A stretch of 64,000 nucleotides of DNA from an uncultured Algimonas sp. (lineage in GTDB: Bacteria > Pseudomonadota > Alphaproteobacteria > Caulobacterales > Maricaulaceae), in the NCBI GenBank assembly GCA_964435725.1, contig CAYTAJ010000002.1, positions 115-64,114 on the forward strand, written 5' to 3'. The notes under the pieces were generated by a model, which was not told the origin of the DNA, did not search any database, and was given only the letters and a program-made list of their open reading frames with translations. Of this stretch, positions 1-9,250 are shown piece after piece. The position numbers and the translations under genes are program-made. The first letter of the stretch is position 1. Each line of letters opens with the position of its first letter.

Positions 1-2
1 CA

Positions 3-962
3 ACGGATTCAGGTGCAGAACAATACTATGATTATACTGAACAAAAGTGTGTCACTCCACCCATTATTCACAATGGAGATGAAACAGTTCCTGTAAATGA
101 TTCTGGTCCTGAAAATAACAATAATTCAAACCCAGGAAATAATGAAACTAATCCAGATGATAAAGTCTGTCCTCGTCCCGAGTCAGTCTGCAAGGGTTAC
201 CCAGAAAAAAAATGGTCTGTCGGTTTAGCACAGGACATAACAACACAGAAATATATTAGTAAAGTTAATAAGGCTATTGATACAGCGCTCAAAACAACTC
301 CATTTAATTTTCAAATTGATCCACCTCAAATATTTGGTGATTATGAGTATGGTGAAGAATGTTGCGCAGTTTGCCGTCCAGATTTACCAGCCACCGGTGG
401 GTATCATAAACTTGAGGGCGGTTTAACTATTGGTGCTCGTGCAACACTTGGAGTTGACGGAAAGGCAAATTGGGATAACGAACTGACAATGTTTGGTTAT
501 GGTATTAGATATGAACTATCAGCTGATGCATGGGGCGGTGTGGCTCTAAAATTTGAATTAAAAGCGAGCGCTACTGGTCAGTATAGTTTTGAATGTGAAC
601 AAGGGTGCGCAACAATAGGGGGAACAGGTTCCGCTGTTCTTCAAACTGGCGTGGAAGCAAAAGTAAAAAAAGCTGAATTTGAAATTATCGGTGGTGGAGA
701 TGAATATGAGGTCATTGAATTAAAGGATGGTGCAGCATCGGCTGTAGTTCAATTTGGTGGGTTAAGTATTGACGCAAGACTTAATAAAGGAACAGGTTGT
801 GGCACTGACGACTGTGCATATAATATTGAACCTGGATTGTTAATTGTTTCTCTCACAGGTACAATAGATATGTTTGGTGAATGGATTGACGATGTATCCT
901 TGCCAGATGATTTGAATGTTCAAATTGGCTTATGGAACGCTTTTGGCGGGGAGTGTCTCTAA
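3..962 (+). CDS. C-terminal part of a Cys-rich, probably secreted protein (5' end lies outside the window)
   Basis: Frame 3 reads open from base 3 (TDSGAEQYYDYTEQKCVTPPIIHNG...DKVCPRPESVCKG...EECCAVCRP...) into the track ORF 489..962, so the track start at 489 is an internal Met. Many Cys and a Gly-rich beta-strand pattern. Confidence 0.75.
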   Translation, partial: TDSGAEQYYDYTEQKCVTPPIIHNGDETVPVNDSGPENNNNSNPGNNETNPDDKVCPRPESVCKGYPEKKWSVGLAQDITTQKYISKVNKAIDTALKTTPFNFQIDPPQIFGDYEYGEECCAVCRPDLPATGGYHKLEGGLTIGARATLGVDGKANWDNELTMFGYGIRYELSADAWGGVALKFELKASATGQYSFECEQGCATIGGTGSAVLQTGVEAKVKKAEFEIIGGGDEYEVIELKDGAASAVVQFGGLSIDARLNKGTGCGTDDCAYNIEPGLLIVSLTGTIDMFGEWIDDVSLPDDLNVQIGLWNAFGGECL

Positions 963-1999
963 TGTTTAGAACAATTTTTCTTTATTTTAAACTTATAATT
1001 GGGTTCGCAGCTTTTTCAAACTTTTATTGCTATAATATAGTCGAGGCGAGCGAAGTTAAATTTCCCTTTTTGAGCCAGGGGAATGAAGGTTCGGATATTT
1101 CATTCTCAATTTTTTATGAGGAAAATCTTGGTAATGAGAGATTAGAAATTGTTCTAATTGATCAACTTATTGAAAAGGCAAATAATAGTAATTTAGATGA
1201 GTTTGTAGACTACTCCCGCGAAAAAATAGACCTGGGCGATACCAATAACCAACGTGTGTTTGAAAATTCATTTAAAAATTATTCGCGGGTTAAGAAGCGT
1301 GAGCCTGAATCTATAGCAAAAATTGGTGGCCTAAACCGGTTGAGAATTTCTTATACTTTGGATAACGGCAAAAAAATTACAATAGTAGAAGATTTTTTAT
1401 GCTCTTCTAATGAATGTAAGTTGTTTAAAGGCAAGAGAAATCAATTCGTAGAGCGTACGTATAAATTATTCTTGGACTATATAAAAGATAATGCGGAGTT
1501 TTTAGAAAAAAATGAAGTAAAAATAGGTGAGTTTAAAGATATCGATTTTTACTACTCATCGCAAAAAGACTTAGATGAAACGATAATAAGTAAGTTTAGT
1601 GAATCATACGAAAAACATTTCGAAAAAATCATGATGTTAAATGAAGCTGGAACTAAGGAAGAATATTCAATTTTGTTAGAGAGGGAGTTTGGATTTGAGC
1701 CTCTATCAAAGCAGGATCGGTTTTTAAGAGTTTACTGGGAAGAAGGACAGGCAAATTCGGCTCTTTCTGACATGATACTTTATATGGATATGATAAGGAA
1801 CATAGGTGAAGTGCCAAAAGTCATTGATTGGTTTTCAAGTAGTAATTTTACTTTTTTCGTATTAGAAAATGGAAAAAATTTATATATTTTACCTACTGAC
1901 TTGGACGTTAATAATATAGTTAATGCAAGAACAGATTTTAATTACCGTCACTTAGTATCGCCTGAAATACTAAATATTCTTTCCAGTCATATTAAATGA
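962..1999 (+). CDS. hypothetical exported protein, translationally coupled to the upstream gene
   Basis: TAATG stop/start overlap at 960-964 favours ATG 962 over the track start 932. N-terminal hydrophobic signal-like segment (MFRTIFLYFKLIIGFAAF). Very AT-rich. Confidence 0.7.
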   Translation: MFRTIFLYFKLIIGFAAFSNFYCYNIVEASEVKFPFLSQGNEGSDISFSIFYEENLGNERLEIVLIDQLIEKANNSNLDEFVDYSREKIDLGDTNNQRVFENSFKNYSRVKKREPESIAKIGGLNRLRISYTLDNGKKITIVEDFLCSSNECKLFKGKRNQFVERTYKLFLDYIKDNAEFLEKNEVKIGEFKDIDFYYSSQKDLDETIISKFSESYEKHFEKIMMLNEAGTKEEYSILLEREFGFEPLSKQDRFLRVYWEEGQANSALSDMILYMDMIRNIGEVPKVIDWFSSSNFTFFVLENGKNLYILPTDLDVNNIVNARTDFNYRHLVSPEILNILSSHIK

Positions 2000-2556
2000 C
2001 TTCATTGACGAAAGACGAACAAAAACGAAAAAATACTACTGGTCTCAAACTGGTCGGTTTTATTTTGATGGTCATTTTCGCATCAATGTATGTCAATTGG
2101 AGTGGCGGCTATAAGATTTCAATTGTCGAGCCAATAAAGTTGATTTCTAACTCAGAAGTCGAAAGTGCAAAAGTTACTAAATGTGATAGTATGAAGGTGA
2201 GAATGGGCTCAGGAAATATATCTAACCGCCATTCTCAAGGAATAATATATGCGCCAATTGCAATAACTGAAAAGGGAGAAGAGGCAAGAGGGAGTTATAT
2301 ATTTGGATCTGGGAATTCAAAGTGGTGCTCTGATTTGATTGGAAAGACTGTTAAAGTAAGGGGCCTTAACACTGATGAAGCAATATTGCGAATATCTAGT
2401 TTTTCCCAGCTTTGGTATCCACTATTACAGTTATTACTGGCAATTTTTTGGTTGTTGTTTTCGCCTCAAAATAAAACTTTGACTAAAACATTCCTTTTTA
2501 TCAACCTAATCATATTTCCATTATTGTTTGCATGGGGTTTCTATGTGCAATATTGA
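1996..2556 (+). CDS. hypothetical membrane protein (1 N-terminal TM, beta-rich loop, 2 C-terminal TMs; DUF3592-like topology)
   Basis: Start overlaps the previous stop (ATGA). Hydrophobic segments at residues ~17-35 and in the C-terminal ~45 residues. Confidence 0.65.
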   Translation: MTSLTKDEQKRKNTTGLKLVGFILMVIFASMYVNWSGGYKISIVEPIKLISNSEVESAKVTKCDSMKVRMGSGNISNRHSQGIIYAPIAITEKGEEARGSYIFGSGNSKWCSDLIGKTVKVRGLNTDEAILRISSFSQLWYPLLQLLLAIFWLLFSPQNKTLTKTFLFINLIIFPLLFAWGFYVQY

Positions 2557-2581
2557 CACTTTATAATTTTACAGTTTTTAG

Positions 2582-4756
2582 TCACGTCCTCAGCATCTGC
2601 ATAGGATATTTATTGGCTCGGCTCCAGAGCATGAAGCTTCCGATTGATCCGATAATCGCGCTTATACTGACGATTATGAAGGCAAGGCCGAAGAGGGACG
2701 GATTAACAATATTGCCCAAAGCCGGAATGAACGCTTTTAAAGCGAATAGGCTTACCCCGGCAACCACAACAGAGATTCCAAGTGACATCATAATTTGCGT
2801 TAAGAAAGCATAGAGGACAATACGTGTTGGTCGATTATGGGCGGCCAAAATTCCAATCGGTTGAGCAAATTTTGATAAGAATAACCAAGCCAGGAAACCA
2901 ATTGTCGATAAGATAGAAAAAATGACAATTAGGGCAAATATCTTGAACCCATCTTCAATCACATTTCGCAATTCGACAATTGATGAAAACTTATTATAGG
3001 CTTCGACATTGAAGATATAATTACGCTTCTTCATTTCTGCGATCGTATCCTTCGCCGTATCTTCGGTAAAATAAACAGAGGCGGCATCAAAATCCTTAAG
3101 GCTGTTTTCGCCTGTAATACTGCGCCATGTTTTAAAAATCTCTGTTGTGCTGACGCCATCAATCGCAAAGCGGTCGTTGTAAGGGGCAACAGGCATAAGA
3201 CCGGCAATTTCAAATGACGGTCCCTTAGCATCATAACCTCGCGCAAATTGCACGGTATCAGGATTGCCCACTGATCCTTCTAATATCACCTGATCATAGA
3301 ATTGTTGGCTTAGTGCGATTTTTAACTCATCCGGATATTGCATTAACGATCCCAAAGTCTGCGTATTCTCTGTTCGATCAGAGACCGATAAGGTTTTCAT
3401 ACAAGCCAATAACGGGTCCAAGGGGTCAAGCAGTAGAAGGCGCGCTCTGCGCGTAATAGGGCGATCATTATCAAGATTAGTCAACAAAACGGACTCAATT
3501 TGATCCAAGCGACCAAAAACCTTTGACGCATTGTCCTCTGATTGATCCGACGTCATGCAACCCTCGAAGGGCGAAGCCGAGCTCTTTGAAAAACTAATGA
3601 GAGAGCTATCGAGTTGGTCAAGATCTTGCTGCCTTAGCCGTGTATTGGCAGCGCGCATATTTTGGACAACAACAAAATGTTGCGTTTGTGGATCTTGCTT
3701 TTGTCGTTCAACGTCTGCGCCCACAAAACTCCAAACCCCAAAGGCTAATGTCGCCAAGGTAAGAATAATGCTTAAGACGAAAATATGTGTGAAGATTTTT
3801 ATCTTTTGAAATTTTTCTAGCCAGTTTCGCCCGGGTTCAAAGCTTGTCATGACAGCCAATGAAGCGGCGAGCGAATAATTATTGATGGCTTGTGTCTTTT
3901 TATCGGCAGGGCCGAAGGAAAGATTAGGTGGTACTGGGTTTATATTTTCGATGATTGCCTTAGAGGGCGTAGTATTTTTTACCGACGGCGCTGTATTGGC
4001 AACGATTTTTTTTAATTCGCTGATATTTTTCGTAGGCCAGTCAATAGGTGAGGCAATACCATCTTCATTAAGGCATATATCATTGATTTCGCCATCTGGG
4101 GTGAGAAACAATACAATATCAGCGTATTCTAAAGCTTGTTCATAATTATGCGTAACCCAGATGATTGTACGATTATCTGTCTCTCTTTGCCAATCCTTCA
4201 ATATAGTGAGGCTCTTTTCGGCCCATATAGGGTCCAGGTCGCTTGTTAACTCATCGGCTAAGATCGTGTCTCTGTTGCGGAGGAGGGCTGACATAAGCGC
4301 TAGGCGTCTTTTCTGTCCTCCGGAAAGGTCTCTAACGCGTGCGGAGATTCTATTGCCTGCCTCTGTTGGCATCCCAAATTGTTCTAGAAATTTTTGAAAT
4401 TCTTCGTCGTTTAACGCGATAATATCCATTAAATCTAGATTTAATGTGACCGAGCCACTTTCAAACAAATAAGAGTTTTGAAAAATAAATGAGCAATAAT
4501 CTCCAGGCGTTTCTTTTACCAAATCAATGGGTCGATCAAGACTGTCTGGGTAAAAAAGTGCAGAGGCATTTTCTGTAACATCCGATGGATATAGACGGCC
4601 CAAAATATTTAATAGCGTACTTTTCCCAGAGCCAGATTCACCTAGAACGGCGATAACCTTGCCTTTGGGAATGTCTAATGCGCCTATAGATAAAACAGGC
4701 GCATTGCCATTAAAGCTACAAGTAATATCGCGAAGTTTATAGAGCAGCCCCTGCAT
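2582..4756 (-). CDS. MacB/LolCDE-like ABC transporter, ATPase fused to permease
   Basis: Walker A GESGSGKST, signature LSGGQ, Walker B ILADE, H-loop VTH. Then TM1, a large periplasmic loop and three C-terminal TMs (FtsX/MacB layout). Confidence 0.88.
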   Translation of the reverse strand: MQGLLYKLRDITCSFNGNAPVLSIGALDIPKGKVIAVLGESGSGKSTLLNILGRLYPSDVTENASALFYPDSLDRPIDLVKETPGDYCSFIFQNSYLFESGSVTLNLDLMDIIALNDEEFQKFLEQFGMPTEAGNRISARVRDLSGGQKRRLALMSALLRNRDTILADELTSDLDPIWAEKSLTILKDWQRETDNRTIIWVTHNYEQALEYADIVLFLTPDGEINDICLNEDGIASPIDWPTKNISELKKIVANTAPSVKNTTPSKAIIENINPVPPNLSFGPADKKTQAINNYSLAASLAVMTSFEPGRNWLEKFQKIKIFTHIFVLSIILTLATLAFGVWSFVGADVERQKQDPQTQHFVVVQNMRAANTRLRQQDLDQLDSSLISFSKSSASPFEGCMTSDQSEDNASKVFGRLDQIESVLLTNLDNDRPITRRARLLLLDPLDPLLACMKTLSVSDRTENTQTLGSLMQYPDELKIALSQQFYDQVILEGSVGNPDTVQFARGYDAKGPSFEIAGLMPVAPYNDRFAIDGVSTTEIFKTWRSITGENSLKDFDAASVYFTEDTAKDTIAEMKKRNYIFNVEAYNKFSSIVELRNVIEDGFKIFALIVIFSILSTIGFLAWLFLSKFAQPIGILAAHNRPTRIVLYAFLTQIMMSLGISVVVAGVSLFALKAFIPALGNIVNPSLFGLAFIIVSISAIIGSIGSFMLWSRANKYPMQMLRT

Positions 4757-4766
4757 ACTTTATTGT

Positions 4767-7343
4767 CTAATCAATTTTACGATAACGTGCAATTTCGCCT
4801 GGAAGGTAGCTAGAAGGGATATAGTAATAATCTTCTCCAGAACTGCTGTTCCATGTCCAAGTGAAGTCTCGCAGGTTATCTTTTGACGTCTTGTAATAAT
4901 ACCCATCATCGTCAGAGGCCGATATCAGCCTCTCATCATTGAGACGCTTTCCGTCAATAACTGTTTCTATGAGATAGCTACTTTTGCAAATAGGTTCATA
5001 AATATTTCTAAGACCTTCATGATCACCTTCAGCTCTCTTTGTTTTCCATTCTTCGACAATTTGGTCCGGTGTGTAGTCTAAGAACGATCCAAAATATTCT
5101 TTTGGGATAAAGAGGTATCTTACAATAATTTCCGATACAGCCATGCCAGATAGGTCATCTGTCGTAACCCTATCGCCAGACATTTTTTGTGCGAGGTTAA
5201 TCATAGCATCTTCTAGTTCGTCACGTACGCTGCCTTTTCCAAAAGCTTCACAAGATGTTCTGACAACACGTTGGAAATCCCGCATTGTTTCACCTGGAAT
5301 ATTAATCCAGAAATCAAAATTATTTTTATCCTCTTGGTATAAGACCCATCCTTCAGTCATGAGTTGCTTCTCTTGACTAATACGCTTTATAGCCGCTTCA
5401 TCATAACCTTGTAATTTAAGTGCCAGTTGAATTTCATCCAATCTCGCATTCGGATAATTCTTTTTAATATCCGCTACTTTTACGAGTTTACCTTCGAAAG
5501 CTTGTTGTAATACATCTGCCGCTGCTAACGCTTCTTGATTAATATTGGTCACGCTCTCAACAATTAAGTCTTTTGTACGATTAACGCTTTCTGTTGTTGT
5601 AGCGGTTGCTCCGGCATCATAGGCCAAGCGAACAGTTTCAGTTTTGATAGAAGGATCAAATATACCACCTTCACTATCTTCAGAAGTAGAGGCCAAGGCA
5701 TCTATTTTTTTACGGATAGACTTAGCTTGTCCAATGAAGTGTCCGTTAATATTCTCACGATAATTCCCAGCAACATTAATCGCATTTATTTTAATGCCAT
5801 TTTCAAAAAAACCCTTCGCCGCCGTTTCTATGCGCGTGTCTAAGCTCTCGTCTTGACGATCCCCATGGTCACCTATCCAGATGACAAGCTTTGAACCAGA
5901 ATTACTGGACCAATTTAGATCCGAAATTGAGCGTATTAATGCTGCAGAGCCAGCTTCTGGAATGTCTTTGTAAGCACCATCTTTGAAATAATCATTATTA
6001 TCCGCTTTGTCGGTCAGCTTTTTGAGGTGAGACACTTCACCAGGTGCTGCAAAATTGGCGACAACTTCAAATTCAAGATTGTTAATGTCCGGGTTTTCAG
6101 ATTTTTCTAAGAAGTCGCCATAAACAGCGGCCGCAAAACGAACCTTCGCTTCATTCTCATCATTGTCCAAATCTAATTTCCGTGTGGCTTCTCTGACGCC
6201 GTCAACAACTGCGGAAAAATAAGGTGACATACTTTTGGAATTATCGAGGACATATAATATATCGATGTTTCTAAAATTCTTTTGTTTTAGAATGTTCTCG
6301 CTCATTTCTGCCAAAGCATCTTGACCTGAACGACAACTTTCACCGTCCCCGTCGCAGGATTCACCAAAGAAACCAATTTGATATTTAGTTTCCCGTGATC
6401 CAATGTCATCTTCTTCATAAGGCCTGTTAATATGGGCCAATATTGGGAAACGCGCGATATTACTTTCCAAAGGCTCGAGGTCGCTCGAGCCAGGATGACG
6501 CCCTAGGACAGCGTTATCATTCTCTTCCACCAAGGCAATATTATTCGCATATATAGCCGTGCCTGTTTTATTTTCGTTGAAGTATAGGCTGACCTGAGAC
6601 TCCCAAGGGAACATAGATGATTGCGGAATCCAACCTGCAATCGACCCAGGTTTTAGAAAGTCATCACCACCGACAAAGAACCAATATTCATCACCGATTT
6701 CATAAGCTGCGAAAACGCGGAATATACTGAATATCCCAACATCTGCAATCTTACGCTTACTGCCAACCGGTCTATCGTAAATGGCAACGCGTCGTGCTGA
6801 GTCTATATCTCCTTCAGAGGCGGCTTTTGGGTTGCTTCTCAAAAGCGCTTTTAGCTCAAGAGGATTCTCAATCTCTTTGGTTTCGCCATTAATTTTAATG
6901 ACCTGTTTTGCAAATTGATTGCCACGATCAGTACCAACTATTCTGTGGTATTCAGTGACCTTCATTTTTTTGAGGCCGTCTCTTAATAGGAAAGGACTTT
7001 CCGTCCATCCACAATAATAACCCGTTTCCCCTTTTTTTGAAATGCCAATCAAAGTTCGCCCTGACTCACTTTTAGATTGACTGAGGCGTTCTTTAAAACG
7101 GATTTCAACATTTTCAGGGAGGACAACTTCGCTTGTCCCTGTTGGTCCGGTAAATAAAGGTGGGCTTGACAATAGGGCAAATGCAAATGGGTTTTCACTC
7201 GATGCTAAGGACTCGCCGAATTCTGCAGGACACGTTCCATCTTTTTCTACTATCATGTCTTGAGCTATTGCGGGGACGCTTGCTAGTATAAAGCAACAGC
7301 CCGAAAGCAAAGCTTGCTTAATGTTCTTGCTAAAATTTCTCAC
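4767..7343 (-). CDS. secreted von Willebrand factor A (vWA) domain protein
   Basis: Signal peptide ending AIA-Q. MIDAS motif DxSxS (YVLDNSKSM), then RFAAAVYGD, IPEAG, LNW and LVIWIGD, typical vWA core elements. Helical C-terminus. GTG start overlaps the upstream stop region. Confidence 0.8.
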   Translation of the reverse strand: MRNFSKNIKQALLSGCCFILASVPAIAQDMIVEKDGTCPAEFGESLASSENPFAFALLSSPPLFTGPTGTSEVVLPENVEIRFKERLSQSKSESGRTLIGISKKGETGYYCGWTESPFLLRDGLKKMKVTEYHRIVGTDRGNQFAKQVIKINGETKEIENPLELKALLRSNPKAASEGDIDSARRVAIYDRPVGSKRKIADVGIFSIFRVFAAYEIGDEYWFFVGGDDFLKPGSIAGWIPQSSMFPWESQVSLYFNENKTGTAIYANNIALVEENDNAVLGRHPGSSDLEPLESNIARFPILAHINRPYEEDDIGSRETKYQIGFFGESCDGDGESCRSGQDALAEMSENILKQKNFRNIDILYVLDNSKSMSPYFSAVVDGVREATRKLDLDNDENEAKVRFAAAVYGDFLEKSENPDINNLEFEVVANFAAPGEVSHLKKLTDKADNNDYFKDGAYKDIPEAGSAALIRSISDLNWSSNSGSKLVIWIGDHGDRQDESLDTRIETAAKGFFENGIKINAINVAGNYRENINGHFIGQAKSIRKKIDALASTSEDSEGGIFDPSIKTETVRLAYDAGATATTTESVNRTKDLIVESVTNINQEALAAADVLQQAFEGKLVKVADIKKNYPNARLDEIQLALKLQGYDEAAIKRISQEKQLMTEGWVLYQEDKNNFDFWINIPGETMRDFQRVVRTSCEAFGKGSVRDELEDAMINLAQKMSGDRVTTDDLSGMAVSEIIVRYLFIPKEYFGSFLDYTPDQIVEEWKTKRAEGDHEGLRNIYEPICKSSYLIETVIDGKRLNDERLISASDDDGYYYKTSKDNLRDFTWTWNSSSGEDYYYIPSSYLPGEIARYRKID

Positions 7344-8808
7344 GTGAAAACTCCACTTTCTCAGCCTGCTTTTCAGCTTGTTTCATTGCATTTTTCCAAT
7401 CCAAATTTTCAGATCTTTCAAAGAGGTCAAAGGCAACGATATTATTATTAAAAGATGCTTCTTTTCCGACTTCACAACGGAAGATCTTTTTGGAACTCGA
7501 TAACTTTATCGCTCCCGTGTCATTGGATGTATCTGACATGGGTAGAATAAAAAACGTTGTTTGATCGTTTGTCATTCCAGAAGCTTGGATTGATTTAACG
7601 GCAGAACGGCAAGAGGGGTATTCATCACTAATAAATAAAATGGCTGTCTTATCACCAGCGTTATATCTTTCACTAATTTGATTAAGAGATGGATTTCTCG
7701 TAAAACTTTGCCGAGGTTGCGTAGAAAGCTCAGTCGCAATTTCTAATAAATTCGAGCTTGTCATAATTTCGGCTGGGAAGTTACCTAAAGGCATAAATAT
7801 GGGCGATATTTTACCGTCTTTATCAGGCCCTATCAGGATACCGTCAGTCCATTTCTTGGATGATACGCCAGTTTTGTAAATACTGTTAGTGATGTCCAAT
7901 GTCTCTCGCCAGCGCGCTATTGACCTATGTATTTTTTCAGACTGCATATTAACATAAGCAATGAAAAGAGTGTTGTTAGGCTCTACTGTGAAGGCAAAGT
8001 CAGAATCTTTTAACAAGGATATTAAGTCTTCCAGAGGATATTCTTCCGTCTCTAAATTGTGTTTTTGGCAGCTAGAAGACCCATAAGGTAATGGGTTGGA
8101 AAAATTAATTTTTACTTTGTCTTTATGACTTGAGCCCGGAGGGATGGCGTCAGAATTTGAAAGATGTATATTTCCTTCAATTTCAAACAGACTGCCTGTT
8201 GTGCCTTGGCTTACATTTAAAATTTGAGCTCGACATGTTGTAATCGGCTTGGAAAAACCTTTGTAATTAATAATAGCCTTTAGCTTGATGCGTTCAGGAA
8301 GAGCTTCGACGTTAAATGCATGGTCTTCATCAAGATTGCCAACCTCTCGTTCTTTGATGGCACCTTCAACTTTATGATCGGGTGTTTGCTCCTCGTCTTT
8401 CAAGCTATCAGTTGTGTCTGCTTTTTCATTCACTAATACCTCTTCAGGCATCTTAGGGTTTGTTTGGTTCTCAGGTGTGGTGGGAGCGTTTTCGGCAAGT
8501 GGGGGCATTTCTGCACTTGGAGATGTTGTGGAAAGTATTTTACTAATCTCGTTGATAACGCTTTGGTTGTCTTTAGGTGGTTCTGTGGCTGCCTTTATAT
8601 CATCATCACTCGCTTCTTTTCTGAGTAACCTTCTGACTATATTCGACGTACTTTCGTGAGAGCTTTCTTTTGTAATATCTTCATTTTGAGTTTGTTCCTG
8701 TATCGGAGTGGCTTTTTCATGATGTTCAGATGAAGATTGCGCAATAGCCGGCGATGCAACAAAATAAGATGCAGTTGTGCAGAGCGATAAATAAAATATT
8801 CTGAACAA
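7330..8808 (-). CDS. hypothetical secreted protein with a long E/T/P-rich linker
   Basis: TTG start with a GGGGGGA RBS on the minus strand. Signal peptide ending AIA-Q. Low-complexity region ~residues 25-170, then a folded region with a TAILFISDE (vWA-like strand) segment. Confidence 0.7.
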   Translation of the reverse strand: MFRIFYLSLCTTASYFVASPAIAQSSSEHHEKATPIQEQTQNEDITKESSHESTSNIVRRLLRKEASDDDIKAATEPPKDNQSVINEISKILSTTSPSAEMPPLAENAPTTPENQTNPKMPEEVLVNEKADTTDSLKDEEQTPDHKVEGAIKEREVGNLDEDHAFNVEALPERIKLKAIINYKGFSKPITTCRAQILNVSQGTTGSLFEIEGNIHLSNSDAIPPGSSHKDKVKINFSNPLPYGSSSCQKHNLETEEYPLEDLISLLKDSDFAFTVEPNNTLFIAYVNMQSEKIHRSIARWRETLDITNSIYKTGVSSKKWTDGILIGPDKDGKISPIFMPLGNFPAEIMTSSNLLEIATELSTQPRQSFTRNPSLNQISERYNAGDKTAILFISDEYPSCRSAVKSIQASGMTNDQTTFFILPMSDTSNDTGAIKLSSSKKIFRCEVGKEASFNNNIVAFDLFERSENLDWKNAMKQAEKQAEKVEFSREKF

Positions 8809-8886
8809 TTTCAGTAGTCCCCCCGCTTAATAATTATCATATTTAAGCATTAACTCTTTTGCAAGTTGTAAAGCTCGAAGAAAAAT

Positions 8887-8901
8887 TTAATTATCTGTTA
8901 A
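8887..8901. promoter_or_regulatory. putative CtrA binding site (TTAA-N7-TTAA) in the divergent promoter region of the tad locus
   Basis: TTAA-TTATCTG-TTAA at 8887-8901, 63 bp upstream of the flp ATG. It matches the established alphaproteobacterial CtrA core, but the region is AT-rich so a chance match is possible. Confidence 0.55.
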
Positions 8902-8964
8902 TATTTGCTTGTATCAAGGTTTTTATTTTGATAGTGCAATTTAAGATAAAATGACGGGGGTCTT

Positions 8965-9228
8965 ATGAAAAACTATTTTAACAAATTTTTACGTGATGAA
9001 GATGGAAACAATCTTGTCGTAGGTTTAATTATTCTTGGTATAGTCGCTTTACCGCTTGTTTTTTGGCTAACGGGCCTTGTAAATAGCTCTCGAGACCGGG
9101 CTTCTGATGAGGCAGATCAAATCTTCAATGAAGAGACGGGTTCTCAATATTCTCCTGGTGGAATGGCTGCTTTAGATGTTGATGAGTTGCTAGAAATTAG
9201 AGTTGCAAACTTAATAGTGGTGATTTAA
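8965..9228 (+). CDS. flp: Flp-family (type IVc) major pilin, non-canonical
   Basis: Typical Flp leader MKNYFNKFLRDEDG| followed by a hydrophobic helix. First gene of the operon, next to the prepilin peptidase. Lacks the E+5/Y+6 motif (NNLVVG). Confidence 0.75.
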   Translation: MKNYFNKFLRDEDGNNLVVGLIILGIVALPLVFWLTGLVNSSRDRASDEADQIFNEETGSQYSPGGMAALDVDELLEIRVANLIVVI

Positions 9229-9250
9229 TTCGTAACAAAGCGGCATATAT

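Noticed and set aside
100-165. AAT/AAC-rich stretch that looks like a short tandem repeat
   Set aside because: It encodes an Asn/Pro linker within the open frame-3 CDS and has no regular repeat unit or spacer structure, so it is not CRISPR or a VNTR.
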